Shown: positions 1 to 7,981 of the stretch, piece after piece
How positions within the stretch are numbered: position 1 is the stretch's first letter
Layout of the letters: each line of letters starts with the position of its first letter
Assembly: GCA_030753015.1 (NCBI GenBank)
Contig: JASMDC010000050.1
Coordinates: 1-20,657 of the forward strand
Length of the DNA stretch: 20,657 nt
Direction of reading: 5' to 3'
DNA from: Candidatus Undinarchaeales archaeon
GTDB lineage: Archaea > SpSt-1190 > JASMDC01
Position numbers and translations under genes: made by a program
Notes under the pieces: model-generated
What the model was told of the DNA's origin: nothing
What the model saw: the letters and a program-made list of their open reading frames with translations, nothing else
The model's database searches: none

Positions 1-60
1 TTCCTGTGCTCCTTCTACCTTTCGGCTCCATCACCTCCCTTTCGGAAGGGGACTTCCCGC

Positions 61-81
61 CGAAGTAAAAAAAGTTATATC
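61..81 (+). promoter_or_regulatory. Putative archaeal BRE/TATA promoter of the 107..475 gene
   Basis: A-rich run followed by GTTATAT (74-80), about 27 nt upstream of GTG 107, in a GC-rich background. Confidence 0.55.
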
Positions 82-106
82 AGGATGTGACCCCCCGGCG
101 GGAGTA

Positions 107-475
107 GTGTGGCGGGATCGGGGCGCCTCCGGGGAACATGTGGGTGACGTGCTCGGTCTGTCCGAGCCCGCGAAAGGCGAGGACCTCAGGGCGTGCCTGG
201 AGCGCGTGATACGCACGGGTGATGCGGCCGAGAGCTTCGAGCGCGTCATGCGCCTCTACAACGAGCTTCGTGGCGTGTTCATCGTGTCAGGGGCTCGGCT
301 GAATCCCGACGGATCCCAGGATGCCGACTCGTCCCGTGTCTATTCCGGCTTCACCGACCGACACCGTCTCGCATCGTACCTCAAGGAGGGCGATCCGATA
401 GTGGAAATGGCAAGGCTCTACCGCCAGAGCGCTCTCGTCAGCGTTGCCGTTGACCTGTGGCTCGAGGAGCGCTGA
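107..475 (+). CDS. Hypothetical protein (122 aa)
   Basis: ORF with GC3-rich coding-like codons, placed directly after a TATA-like element; no recognisable motif. Confidence 0.6.
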   Translation: MWRDRGASGEHVGDVLGLSEPAKGEDLRACLERVIRTGDAAESFERVMRLYNELRGVFIVSGARLNPDGSQDADSSRVYSGFTDRHRLASYLKEGDPIVEMARLYRQSALVSVAVDLWLEER

Positions 476-540
476 GCACGCCGGGGCGACCATGCTCTGT
501 ATGTCAAGGTAAACGATACCTTCCTGTTCCTCCTCATGAC

Positions 541-578
541 TCATCGCTTACGATGACACGTCGATCCTTCGCTCGACG
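541..578. terminator. Two short hairpins between convergent genes (possible terminator structures)
   Basis: TCATCG-ctta-CGATGA (541-556) and CGTCGA-N8-TCGACG (559-578), between the stops at 475 (+) and 595 (-). Confidence 0.3.
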
Positions 579-594
579 CTATAGGGGCGAACAC

Positions 595-1647
595 CTAGAA
601 ACAGTCCCAGTGCTCGGCCAGATGGCCACGAAGCCGGTCAAGCACGCGTGCGAACATCGGGTCCTCGCCCTCTTGGTCCCCGGGCAGCTCAACGCGCTCC
701 TCCGGGTAGTCTACGGGGATGTCCACACCGGTGACGCCGCGGATGAGGGCGGCCCAGCTCTGGGGGACATGGTCGCCGTACCCGCTGATCGTGAGGTCCA
801 CCAGCCGGCCGCAGCTCGTATCGGACAGCTCGCGCACCATCGCCCCAACCGCCTCGAGCCCGGCCATGTCCAGCGCCAGCTCGGTGAGCTCGTCGCCCAC
901 GTAGGGATCACTGCCGCCGTTGCGGATGATGACGTCGGGACTGAACGAGCGGGTGAGCGGGGTGACGACCTCGTCGAAGGCACGACGGAACCGGGGCAGG
1001 CCGGAATACGGAGGGAGTGGGATGTTCACCGTATAGCCGAGACCGGTGCCCGCACCCAGCTCGGAGAGGAATCCGCGGCCTGGGTAGAGGGTGCGTGGAT
1101 CCTGGTGGAGAGAGACGAACAATACCTTGCGGTCATCGTAGAATATGTCCTGGGTACCATTGCCGTGGTGGGCGTCGGTGTCGATGATCATCACCCGTTC
1201 TACATCGGGCCCGTCCAGTAGTGTCCGGGCGGCCACTGCAACGTCGTTGAAGAGGCAGAACCCACCGCCATCGTCGCGGGCGGCATGGTGGAATCCACCG
1301 AACGCGCATGCCACCGGCGCCCCGTCCATGACGCTCCGGGTCGCTGTCAGGGCTCCGCCCACAATGAGCCGGGCCGCGTCCACCATCCCGGGGAGCACAG
1401 GGGTGTCGAGGGTGAGCATCCCGCCAACCCGCTCCAGGGCCGCGATCCGATCCAAATAGGAAGGAGCATGGACCCGCTCCAAGACCTCCCGGGAGGCCGG
1501 TTCGGGTTCCACCAGCTCGAAAGAGGATGCAGCATCGCTGGCCTCCAGTAGCTCGATGAACGCACGGAACCGCGCGCCGTTGAAGGGATGCCCCTCCCCC
1601 AGGTCGTAGTCCCCATACTTGGAGGAGTACACCAGCGGGACTGCCAT
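595..1647 (-). CDS. Histone deacetylase / AcuC-family Zn-dependent deacetylase (350 aa)
   Basis: Motifs GHPF, GGFHHA, GFCLFNDVA, DTDAHHGNGTQDIFY, SLHQ..LYPG, VNIPL, GGSD and SGY (catalytic Tyr). Confidence 0.95.
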   Translation of the reverse strand: MAVPLVYSSKYGDYDLGEGHPFNGARFRAFIELLEASDAASSFELVEPEPASREVLERVHAPSYLDRIAALERVGGMLTLDTPVLPGMVDAARLIVGGALTATRSVMDGAPVACAFGGFHHAARDDGGGFCLFNDVAVAARTLLDGPDVERVMIIDTDAHHGNGTQDIFYDDRKVLFVSLHQDPRTLYPGRGFLSELGAGTGLGYTVNIPLPPYSGLPRFRRAFDEVVTPLTRSFSPDVIIRNGGSDPYVGDELTELALDMAGLEAVGAMVRELSDTSCGRLVDLTISGYGDHVPQSWAALIRGVTGVDIPVDYPEERVELPGDQEGEDPMFARVLDRLRGHLAEHWDCF

Positions 1648-1665
1648 GGCCCGTCAGAACGCCAA

Positions 1666-1830
1666 GCTTTTATCAATGTACCATCCCGTTGTACGAACCT
1701 TACCCATCTAGAACAATTCGAGACGGTGTTCGATTCCCGCTTCATCAGGGGTAGTTTCACCGCCGCAGTAACGCGACGGCCAGCGCTTTCCCTTCTCACG
1801 GGCGTTTAAGCTCTCCGTGCAACTCACGGC
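1666..1830 (-). ncRNA. Predicted TnpB omega/reRNA: scaffold overlaps the tnpB 3' end, guide comes from flanking DNA
   Basis: The tnpB tail AVSCTESLNA...DEAGIEH and minus-strand ...GATGAAGCGGGAATCGAACA...GGGTAAGGTTCGTACAACGG resemble IS607-type right ends. It is established that TnpB RNAs overlap the ORF end and extend into the flank. Boundaries are approximate. Confidence 0.6.
1667..1685 (-). promoter_or_regulatory. Putative TATA-like promoter for a leaderless deacetylase transcript
   Basis: Minus strand reads GATGGTACA-TTGATAAAAG, centred about 26 nt upstream of ATG 1647. Confidence 0.45.
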
Positions 1831-2960
1831 GAGCTTTTCGAGATTGTGACTCGCGTTCAGGTCGCGGTCGATGCGAAGGCCACACTTCCCGCACATGAAC
1901 GTACGTTCAGAGAGCCTCAGCCTCCTCTTCACATGACCGCACCTTGAACACCTCTTGCTTGACGGGAAGAACCTGTCGGCGACCACGAGCCGCGACCCGC
2001 ACCACTCGGTCTTGTAATCGAGTTGCTGTCGGAACTCATTGAACCCGACATCTGACACGGCTTTGCTAAGATGCTTGTTATTCATCATCCCGGAAACGTT
2101 CAGGTCCTCGACCACCACGACCGACTTGGTTCTCGCCAGCCATGAGGTGGCCTTGTGGATTGCATCCCTGCGAATGTTGCCGATTCGGGCGTGGACCCGC
2201 TGTATTCGATGCACGGTCTTCTTACGGTTCTTGCTCCCTTTCCTCTTCCGAGCGAGCGATCTTTGCATCCTCCTGAGCTTCCGCTCGTAGCGTGAGAATG
2301 ACCTGGGATTCTTGAACACCGTCCCGTCGGACACGGTGGCCAACCGTTCGATGCCGAGGTCGACTCCCGCAGACGGTCCGCCATTTATGGGGACATCGAT
2401 CTCCTCCTCGACCAAGACGGACACGTACCACCGCCCGGCACGCTCCGACACGGTGGCCGAGAGTATATGGACGTCGGTCGGGAGGTACCCGCGCTCCTTG
2501 AGCCTAAGCCTCCCGAGCCTAGGCAGCTGGATGGCGTTCTCGAAGACCTTGATGGTTCCCGTCAGCCTGAACGAGCTAGCACCTCGCTTCCTCGACCTGG
2601 ACCTCGGGTACCTTGCCCTGCCGGTGAAGAAGTTCTTGAACGCGGTGTCGAGGTCACGCAAGGCCTCCTGCGCTGCGCACTTGGACACCTCGTACATCCA
2701 CGGATAGACCTTCACCTTGAGCCGGTTGAGCTCGCGGTGAAGCTCGATGCTGTTGGTCGACCGCTTTTCTTTCTCATACAGCTCGATCCTCCGTGCAAGA
2801 CCCCAGTTGTAGGTGAACCTCGCCGTACCAGCATGCTTCAGGCAGGTGGTGCGCTGCGTGTTATTGAGCTTCAGCTCGGTCTTGTAGCCACGATGGACGA
2901 TCATTCCTGTTCCGCCTCACGGCCTTTCCTGTTCGGTCCCGTGCAAGCAAGGCTCGGCCG
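1686..2960 (-). mobile_element. Non-autonomous IS607/IS605-family element carrying only tnpB
   Basis: Full tnpB with no intact tnpA. Right end inferred at ...CAACGG (1686). Left end not defined (somewhere in 2905-3160). Confidence 0.65.
1708..2904 (-). CDS. tnpB: RNA-guided endonuclease TnpB (398 aa)
   Basis: N-terminal YKTELKLNNTQR..HAGTARFTYNWGL; RuvC-I GVDLG; RuvC-II VVVEDL; Zn ribbon CSRC..CGKC; RuvC-III DRDLNAS. Confidence 0.96.
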   Translation of the reverse strand: MIVHRGYKTELKLNNTQRTTCLKHAGTARFTYNWGLARRIELYEKEKRSTNSIELHRELNRLKVKVYPWMYEVSKCAAQEALRDLDTAFKNFFTGRARYPRSRSRKRGASSFRLTGTIKVFENAIQLPRLGRLRLKERGYLPTDVHILSATVSERAGRWYVSVLVEEEIDVPINGGPSAGVDLGIERLATVSDGTVFKNPRSFSRYERKLRRMQRSLARKRKGSKNRKKTVHRIQRVHARIGNIRRDAIHKATSWLARTKSVVVVEDLNVSGMMNNKHLSKAVSDVGFNEFRQQLDYKTEWCGSRLVVADRFFPSSKRCSRCGHVKRRLRLSERTFMCGKCGLRIDRDLNASHNLEKLAVSCTESLNAREKGKRWPSRYCGGETTPDEAGIEHRLELF

Positions 2961-3170
2961 ATTCACGTCACGCCTCGTAATACTATTTTGGCATCCATCC
3001 AGTATAGGATTATGGGGAGGGCGATGCCGGTAATATGAAGAGGGAAACTCATGCACAGAGAGCGTTCCTGTAGAGCGCTGCTCTGTTAGGCGGGGAGGTG
3101 CATCCCGCCATTGAACAGTCGATAGGCCGTTGTCAAGTCCAATCCGTTCTTCCTCGCCCATCAGAGAGTT

Positions 3171-3190
3171 GGTAATAAATTATTATAGTC
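3171..3190. promoter_or_regulatory. AT-rich palindromic TATA region upstream of the metallophosphoesterase, possibly bidirectional
   Basis: TAATAA-A-TTATTA palindrome (3173-3185) overlapping TTATTATA, about 30 nt before ATG 3216. Confidence 0.5.
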
Positions 3191-3215
3191 TAAATCCTCC
3201 CCTTGAGGAACTGTT

Positions 3216-4166
3216 ATGGTGTCGCTACGGATCGGTGTCATCACGGACTCACATGCGACCGGCCACGAGCGAGAGGCAGCTTTAGCCCTGGACGACCGCG
3301 ACTGCGACGTCCTCGCGTACCTGGGCGACCTCCCGGGGCACATGGGCGGGTCCGAGGCTGTCCAGCACCGGCAGATCCTGGATGGTCTGGAGAACCTCAG
3401 CGCGTTCCCGGGTACGGTGTTCGTCATCCCCGGCAACTACGAGGAGTACGCGCCCTACAAGGCCGCGTTCGCCGAGGCCCTGAGAGAGCATTCGAACCTC
3501 TGCGATGCCAGCACCTTCGACCGGACGTTCACAGCGAAGGGCATCGAACTGGCGTTCCTTCCAGGCTCGAAGTACTACGCGAGCGGATTCAGGGTGCGTG
3601 CGGGGACCGGGACGGGGCTCTATCAGGGCGGCGACCGACGCTTCTGGGTCTCCGATCCCGCCGATCTCAAGAACCTGGTCAAGAACCCACGGCGTGCCGT
3701 CGTCATGGTCCACAACCCGCCGCAGCTCCCCGGGGTCCATGCCATCGACGTGGCGCTGCGGGCTGTGTGCACCGAGGACGTCGAGGTGGAGGGCCACATC
3801 TTCCACGCAGGCACCAAGGTGGTGGGCCCGCTGGCAGAGACCCTTGTCCGCCGGTGGCTCGCAAAACCGCTCCTTGAGCACACGGGGAACCCCGAGCTCG
3901 CCCACGTGCTGTTCGACCTCGGTATCAAGCAGGTCGTGGCCGGAGATATCCACGAGGCGGCCGGGTGCGTCGACTGGTCGGGCTCTGACCTCTCCACGGG
4001 CCGATGGCTCCGCGAGTTCCACTTCAATCCCGGACCGGTGTCAGCGGGCGACTACGGGCTGGTGACCGTGCGTGGCGACGGGTTCGGAAAGGTCGAGCGG
4101 TTCAACCTCTCCGGAAGTGCGCCCCGGGACTATCTGGACCCTTACATCCACTGGACCGACAGGTGA
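3216..4166 (+). CDS. Calcineurin-like metallophosphoesterase, Icc-related (316 aa)
   Basis: Motifs ITDSH, LGDL, PGNYE, VHNPP, GDIHE and FNPG in canonical order. Confidence 0.85.
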   Translation: MVSLRIGVITDSHATGHEREAALALDDRDCDVLAYLGDLPGHMGGSEAVQHRQILDGLENLSAFPGTVFVIPGNYEEYAPYKAAFAEALREHSNLCDASTFDRTFTAKGIELAFLPGSKYYASGFRVRAGTGTGLYQGGDRRFWVSDPADLKNLVKNPRRAVVMVHNPPQLPGVHAIDVALRAVCTEDVEVEGHIFHAGTKVVGPLAETLVRRWLAKPLLEHTGNPELAHVLFDLGIKQVVAGDIHEAAGCVDWSGSDLSTGRWLREFHFNPGPVSAGDYGLVTVRGDGFGKVERFNLSGSAPRDYLDPYIHWTDR

Positions 4167-4355
4167 TGGTCCGGGGGCAGGGGGGTCGTCCACACGACGT
4201 CTTATCAACGAGTAGCTGGAGCCGTACGATGACGTGGAGGTCTTATCTACATATCCCTGCTCATGTGGACGGGATCCTGAAGTCTAATCTAAAGGTCCCG
4301 TCGAACGTCCCCGATCCCCCCTTGAGGTCAACAGCGACCCACGCTCGCGCCAGGT

Positions 4356-4370
4356 CGAAACACCTTTAAA
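4356..4370 (+). promoter_or_regulatory. BRE/TATA promoter of the multi-thioredoxin gene
   Basis: CGAAA-cacc-TTTAAA, 33-47 nt upstream of ATG 4403. Confidence 0.6.
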
Positions 4371-4402
4371 CCTTCGTCATCGACCCGGCCACGGGAACGC
4401 TC

Positions 4403-6688
4403 ATGCCTACAAAGAAGCTCACCAAGAAAGAGATCGCTGAGATCGAGGAGGAGCTCGTCGCCGTCGAGGAGAGGCTCGACGACATGAACGAGGTGATCAC
4501 TCAACGGGAGTCGGCCACCGATCCGTGGATGATCACATCCCTATTGCTCGCTTTCATCCTTGTCATCGGTGTAATGGGATTCAGGGGCGAAGGATTCGCC
4601 TTCCAGCCCGGCACCAGCGGTGGAGGCATCACCCTCCAGCAGGTGCAGAACCTCGCCATCGACATGCGAGCTCGTGGTCTCTCCGAGACCGAGGTGGCCG
4701 AGGGACTGGGCATCCTCGGCATCGACGTCTCGACCATCGCTTCCATCGTGGAGGCACCAAAGGCGACACCTCCGACCGCTACCGTCACTCCGACCGCTAG
4801 ACCGGAACCTACGAAGGTCGCCCCCACGCCCGCCCCCGAGGTGGATGAAGGGACGGCCGTGGTGACCATCATCGAGTTCTCCGATTTCGAGTGCCCCTTC
4901 TGCGGAAGGGCCCATCCCACGATCGAGCAGATCAAGAAGGAGTACGGGAGCAAGCTCAAGCATATCTTCAAGCACTTCCCGCTCAGCTTCCATCCATTCG
5001 CACAGAAGGCCGCCGAAGCGGCCGAGTGCGCCCGTGACCAGGGCAAGTTCTGGGAGATGTACAACACCCTCTTCGACAATTCCAAGGCGCTCGGGGAGAG
5101 CGATATCAAGGGGTACGCCGCCGAGCTGGGATTCGACATGGACGAGTTCAACGAGTGCTACGACAGCGGTATCAAGGATAAGATCGTGTTGGAGGACTTC
5201 ACGGAGGGCCAGTCCCGCGGCGTCTCCGGCACCCCCGCCTTCTTCATCCAGGGCACGACCGAGGACGGCAGCATCATAGAGGAGTCCATCCAGGGCGCGC
5301 AGCCCATCGAGGTCTTCAGGGACACCATCGACATGATGATCGGAGGTCAACGGCCCACGGACGAGGACCCTGCCATGGAGATCGTGGTCGTGAACGACAA
5401 GGAATGCGACTCGTGCGACCCGACCCAGATCCTGACCATCCTCAAGACGCAGCTCTTCCCCAAGGCGACCAGCCGGATCATCGACATCTCGTCCGACGAG
5501 GGCGCCGCCTTGGTGAAAGACCTCAAGCTCAAGGTGGTCCCGTCCTACCTCTTCCCCAAGGACGTGCTCACTGCCAGCCATAACTACATCAAGCTCCAGG
5601 ACATGCTCGAGGACAAGGGCGAGTGGCTCACCATCGTGCCCGGTGCCACCGGTGCCGGCCGGTACCTCGAACCGCCGTCGGTGGACGATGATCCGAGCAA
5701 GGGTCCTGCGGACGCGCCCGTCACCATCATCGAGTTCACGGACTTCCAGTGCCCGTTCTGCAAGCGTGGTACCGACATCGTCTATCAGATCATCGACACG
5801 TACGGTGACCAGGTACGGGTAGTGATTCGCGACTTCCCGCTCGCTGCTCTCCATCCCGATGCGCCCCTGGCCCACGAGGCGGCCGAGTGCGCCGACGAGC
5901 AGGGCAAGTTCTGGGAGATCCATGACAAGATATTCGCCAACCAGGCCGACGTCTCCATCGCCACGTTGAAGGGCTATGCCAATGACCTGGGCCTCGACAT
6001 GGACCGGTTCAACGCCTGCCTCGACGGCGGCGCCATGAAGGCCGAGATCGACGCTGACATGGCCGCCGGGAGGGAGTACGGCGTGTCCGGGACGCCCGCG
6101 TTCTTCATCAACGGCCTGATGCTGGCCGGCGCGCAACCGTTCGAGAACTTCGCCTCGATCATTGACGCCCAGCTAGAGAAGGCCGGTGCGGCCCCGGCAG
6201 CGCCCGCGGAGCCCACTGCGACACCCGCTCCAGCCGAGCCGTCAGAGGGAGAGGCCACTCCCGCTCCCGAGGCGACGCCCGAGCCCACCCCGGTGCCAAC
6301 AGGCCGGGCGGCGGACCTGGCAGCAGCGGCCTACGTCGGTAACACCGCGGCCGACAGCGCGCTTGCTGAAGCGTGCAAGAGCTGGATGTACAGCGACTGG
6401 GAGACGCTGCCCGAGACAGAGCACCCCCTGGGCGTGCTCGCCACGCGCATCGTCATGCCTGGTGACACTCGCGTGCTCACCGAGGACGAGTACCTCGCCG
6501 AGAAGGACCTCACCAAGTGCGACTGCATGGTGTTCCTCAAGAACAGGGGCGGTATCTCCGATTCCGAGGTCCGCGCGCCCTTCGCTGCCGAGACCGACTG
6601 CTCCGCATGGGGCCACGCGCGAGGGTGCGAGCTGCTCTGCTACGGTGACGGCGAGGACGAGTGCAAGGCTGCCCACGGGTGCGCCTAG
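4403..6688 (+). CDS. Membrane-anchored DsbA-family protein: two DsbA domains, a central thioredoxin-like CxxC domain and a Cys-rich C-terminus (761 aa)
   Basis: TM helix WMITSLLLAFILVIGVMGF; IIEFSDFECPFC...HFPL...AAECA..QGKFW...GVSGTP; central NDKECDSC...LKVVPSYLF; second IIEFTDFQCPFC...DFPL...GVSGTP; P/T/A linkers; 8 Cys in the last ~105 aa. Confidence 0.92.
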   Translation: MPTKKLTKKEIAEIEEELVAVEERLDDMNEVITQRESATDPWMITSLLLAFILVIGVMGFRGEGFAFQPGTSGGGITLQQVQNLAIDMRARGLSETEVAEGLGILGIDVSTIASIVEAPKATPPTATVTPTARPEPTKVAPTPAPEVDEGTAVVTIIEFSDFECPFCGRAHPTIEQIKKEYGSKLKHIFKHFPLSFHPFAQKAAEAAECARDQGKFWEMYNTLFDNSKALGESDIKGYAAELGFDMDEFNECYDSGIKDKIVLEDFTEGQSRGVSGTPAFFIQGTTEDGSIIEESIQGAQPIEVFRDTIDMMIGGQRPTDEDPAMEIVVVNDKECDSCDPTQILTILKTQLFPKATSRIIDISSDEGAALVKDLKLKVVPSYLFPKDVLTASHNYIKLQDMLEDKGEWLTIVPGATGAGRYLEPPSVDDDPSKGPADAPVTIIEFTDFQCPFCKRGTDIVYQIIDTYGDQVRVVIRDFPLAALHPDAPLAHEAAECADEQGKFWEIHDKIFANQADVSIATLKGYANDLGLDMDRFNACLDGGAMKAEIDADMAAGREYGVSGTPAFFINGLMLAGAQPFENFASIIDAQLEKAGAAPAAPAEPTATPAPAEPSEGEATPAPEATPEPTPVPTGRAADLAAAAYVGNTAADSALAEACKSWMYSDWETLPETEHPLGVLATRIVMPGDTRVLTEDEYLAEKDLTKCDCMVFLKNRGGISDSEVRAPFAAETDCSAWGHARGCELLCYGDGEDECKAAHGCA

Positions 6689-6695
6689 CGCCACC

Positions 6696-7550
6696 ATGAC
6701 ACACCAGCGACCGCCCAAGGTACGCGAGGACATCCTGCCCGAGAGCTCCAGCGCCGCTCCGGCGTACATCGATAATCTCGAGGTCGTGCTCGTTCGGCCC
6801 CGGGAGAGCGGCAATGTGGGTTCCTGCGCTCGCGCCCTGGGGAACTTCGGGGCACGCCACCTCACTGTCGTTGGCATGGACTGGTTCGACCGGAGCAAGG
6901 CCGAGAAGCGCGCGGTGGGTGCCTCCTGGCTCCTGGACCGGGTGAGGTTCGTCGACACGCTGGATGAGGCGATCGCTGACTGTACCTTCGTGTACGGAAC
7001 GGCAGGACGCGCACACCGCCACCGACGGACCATCACCGCCCGCAGCTTCACCGATGATGCGACGGGGCAGTTGGTCTCCAATCGCGTCGCCCTGCTGTTC
7101 GGATGCGAGCGGACGGGCCTCACCGAGACGGAGACCGACGCATGCCATGCCGTGGTCGCCATCCCGACGGACCCTGCCTTCCATTCCCTTAATCTCTCCC
7201 ATGCCGTCGTCGTGATGCTCTACGAGCTCTGGTGCGGATCGGTCACGACGGACCGTGACAAGGTCCCGAAATATGTTCCAGCCGCCGACCAGAATCGGTT
7301 GATGGACCTGGGCCGGCGCACCCTCTACCGCATCGGATTCCTCCGCCCGGAGAACGAGCCCCGCATCCTTCGCACGCTGATGAACCTCTCGGGGAGGACC
7401 GGGCTCACCCGGCGCGAGTTCCAGACGCTTGAGGGCGTGCTCCACCGGATGTACCGGATCGCCGACGAACAGGGGACCATCGGGCGGGATCCGGACACGT
7501 CTGCAGCACAAGGCAAGGTAGAAAAGGACCGGCGCGAAAAACAGGATTGA
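6696..7550 (+). CDS. trmJ: SPOUT RNA methyltransferase, TrmJ/LasT family (tRNA C32/U32 2'-O-methyltransferase-like, 284 aa)
   Basis: VVLVRP..SGNVGSCARALGNFG, ALLFGCERTGLT, IPT.P.FHSLNLSHAV. ATG 6696 chosen because it lies just after the upstream stop at 6688. Confidence 0.88.
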   Translation: MTHQRPPKVREDILPESSSAAPAYIDNLEVVLVRPRESGNVGSCARALGNFGARHLTVVGMDWFDRSKAEKRAVGASWLLDRVRFVDTLDEAIADCTFVYGTAGRAHRHRRTITARSFTDDATGQLVSNRVALLFGCERTGLTETETDACHAVVAIPTDPAFHSLNLSHAVVVMLYELWCGSVTTDRDKVPKYVPAADQNRLMDLGRRTLYRIGFLRPENEPRILRTLMNLSGRTGLTRREFQTLEGVLHRMYRIADEQGTIGRDPDTSAAQGKVEKDRREKQD

Positions 7551-7555
7551 TCGAG

Positions 7556-7972
7556 ATGTCCGAGGTCATTGTAGAACAAAAGGAGGACGGGCTGATGGAG
7601 GCTCGGGCCGGAGAGCATGTCGTGCTCATGGACCTGCCGCGGGCCTGGGGTGGAGATGAACGAGCCATGCGACCCCCCACCTTGTTCGTTGCGTCGCTCG
7701 GTGGCTGTGTCGCTGCTTTCGTCAAGAACTACTGTACCAACGCAGGGATCGATACCACTGGTATGAAGGTCACCGTGAGCTACGGCAAGAAGGAGTCGCC
7801 CAACAAGGGGGGGTACATGCTCACGGACATCAAGGCAACCATCGCCATGCCCCCCGGTGTGGAGCTGGGTAAGCGTGAGCGTGCCGTGCTACGGACCGCC
7901 GAGAGCTGTGTCCTCCATAAGACGCTCGAGAACTTCGAAGGGATACGGACCGAGCTCGCGGACAGCGAGTGA
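7556..7972 (+). CDS. OsmC/YhfA-like family protein
   Basis: MDLP..WGG...MRPPTLFVASLGGC and C-terminal AESCVLHKTL (both conserved Cys). Alternative TTG start at 7547 overlaps the trmJ stop. Confidence 0.88.
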   Translation: MSEVIVEQKEDGLMEARAGEHVVLMDLPRAWGGDERAMRPPTLFVASLGGCVAAFVKNYCTNAGIDTTGMKVTVSYGKKESPNKGGYMLTDIKATIAMPPGVELGKRERAVLRTAESCVLHKTLENFEGIRTELADSE

Positions 7973-7981
7973 TCCGCCGCA

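Noticed and set aside
1708-2904. TnpB considered as Cas12f or a nuclease-dead TldR
   Set aside because: No CRISPR array nearby, and all three RuvC acidic residues are present
3030-3110. Cobalamin riboswitch-like AAGAGGGAA and tRNA-like GGTGCATCCCGCCA
   Set aside because: The remaining conserved cores (B12 box, cloverleaf arms) cannot be built
2901-3161. 86-aa ORF upstream of tnpB as an intact transposase
   Set aside because: No HUH/Y1 or serine-recombinase motifs, and atypical codon usage
3161-3192. Group I intron-like words TCAGAGA and TATAGTC (IStron idea)
   Set aside because: No GACTA P7 partner, spacing too short and opposite strand to tnpB; better explained as a TATA region
4199-4235. 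Resemblance to the SAM-I riboswitch 5' end (CTTATCAA.GAG...GGAG...CGATGA)
   Set aside because: It lacks GCAACC, GGTGC and a closing GATRA P1 strand, and lies upstream of the next promoter rather than in a leader
4541-6136. 531-aa antisense ORF, and similar long shadow ORFs (457..1221, 3282..4022, 6537..7511, 14375..15004, 19751..20539)
   Set aside because: They overlap well-supported genes, lack motifs and are expected by-products of high GC3 codon bias
6186-6695. N-terminal 170 aa of the 454-aa ORF containing TrmJ
   Set aside because: It overlaps the DsbA C-terminus in another frame and is low-complexity Arg/Pro; ATG 6696 just after the DsbA stop is the plausible start
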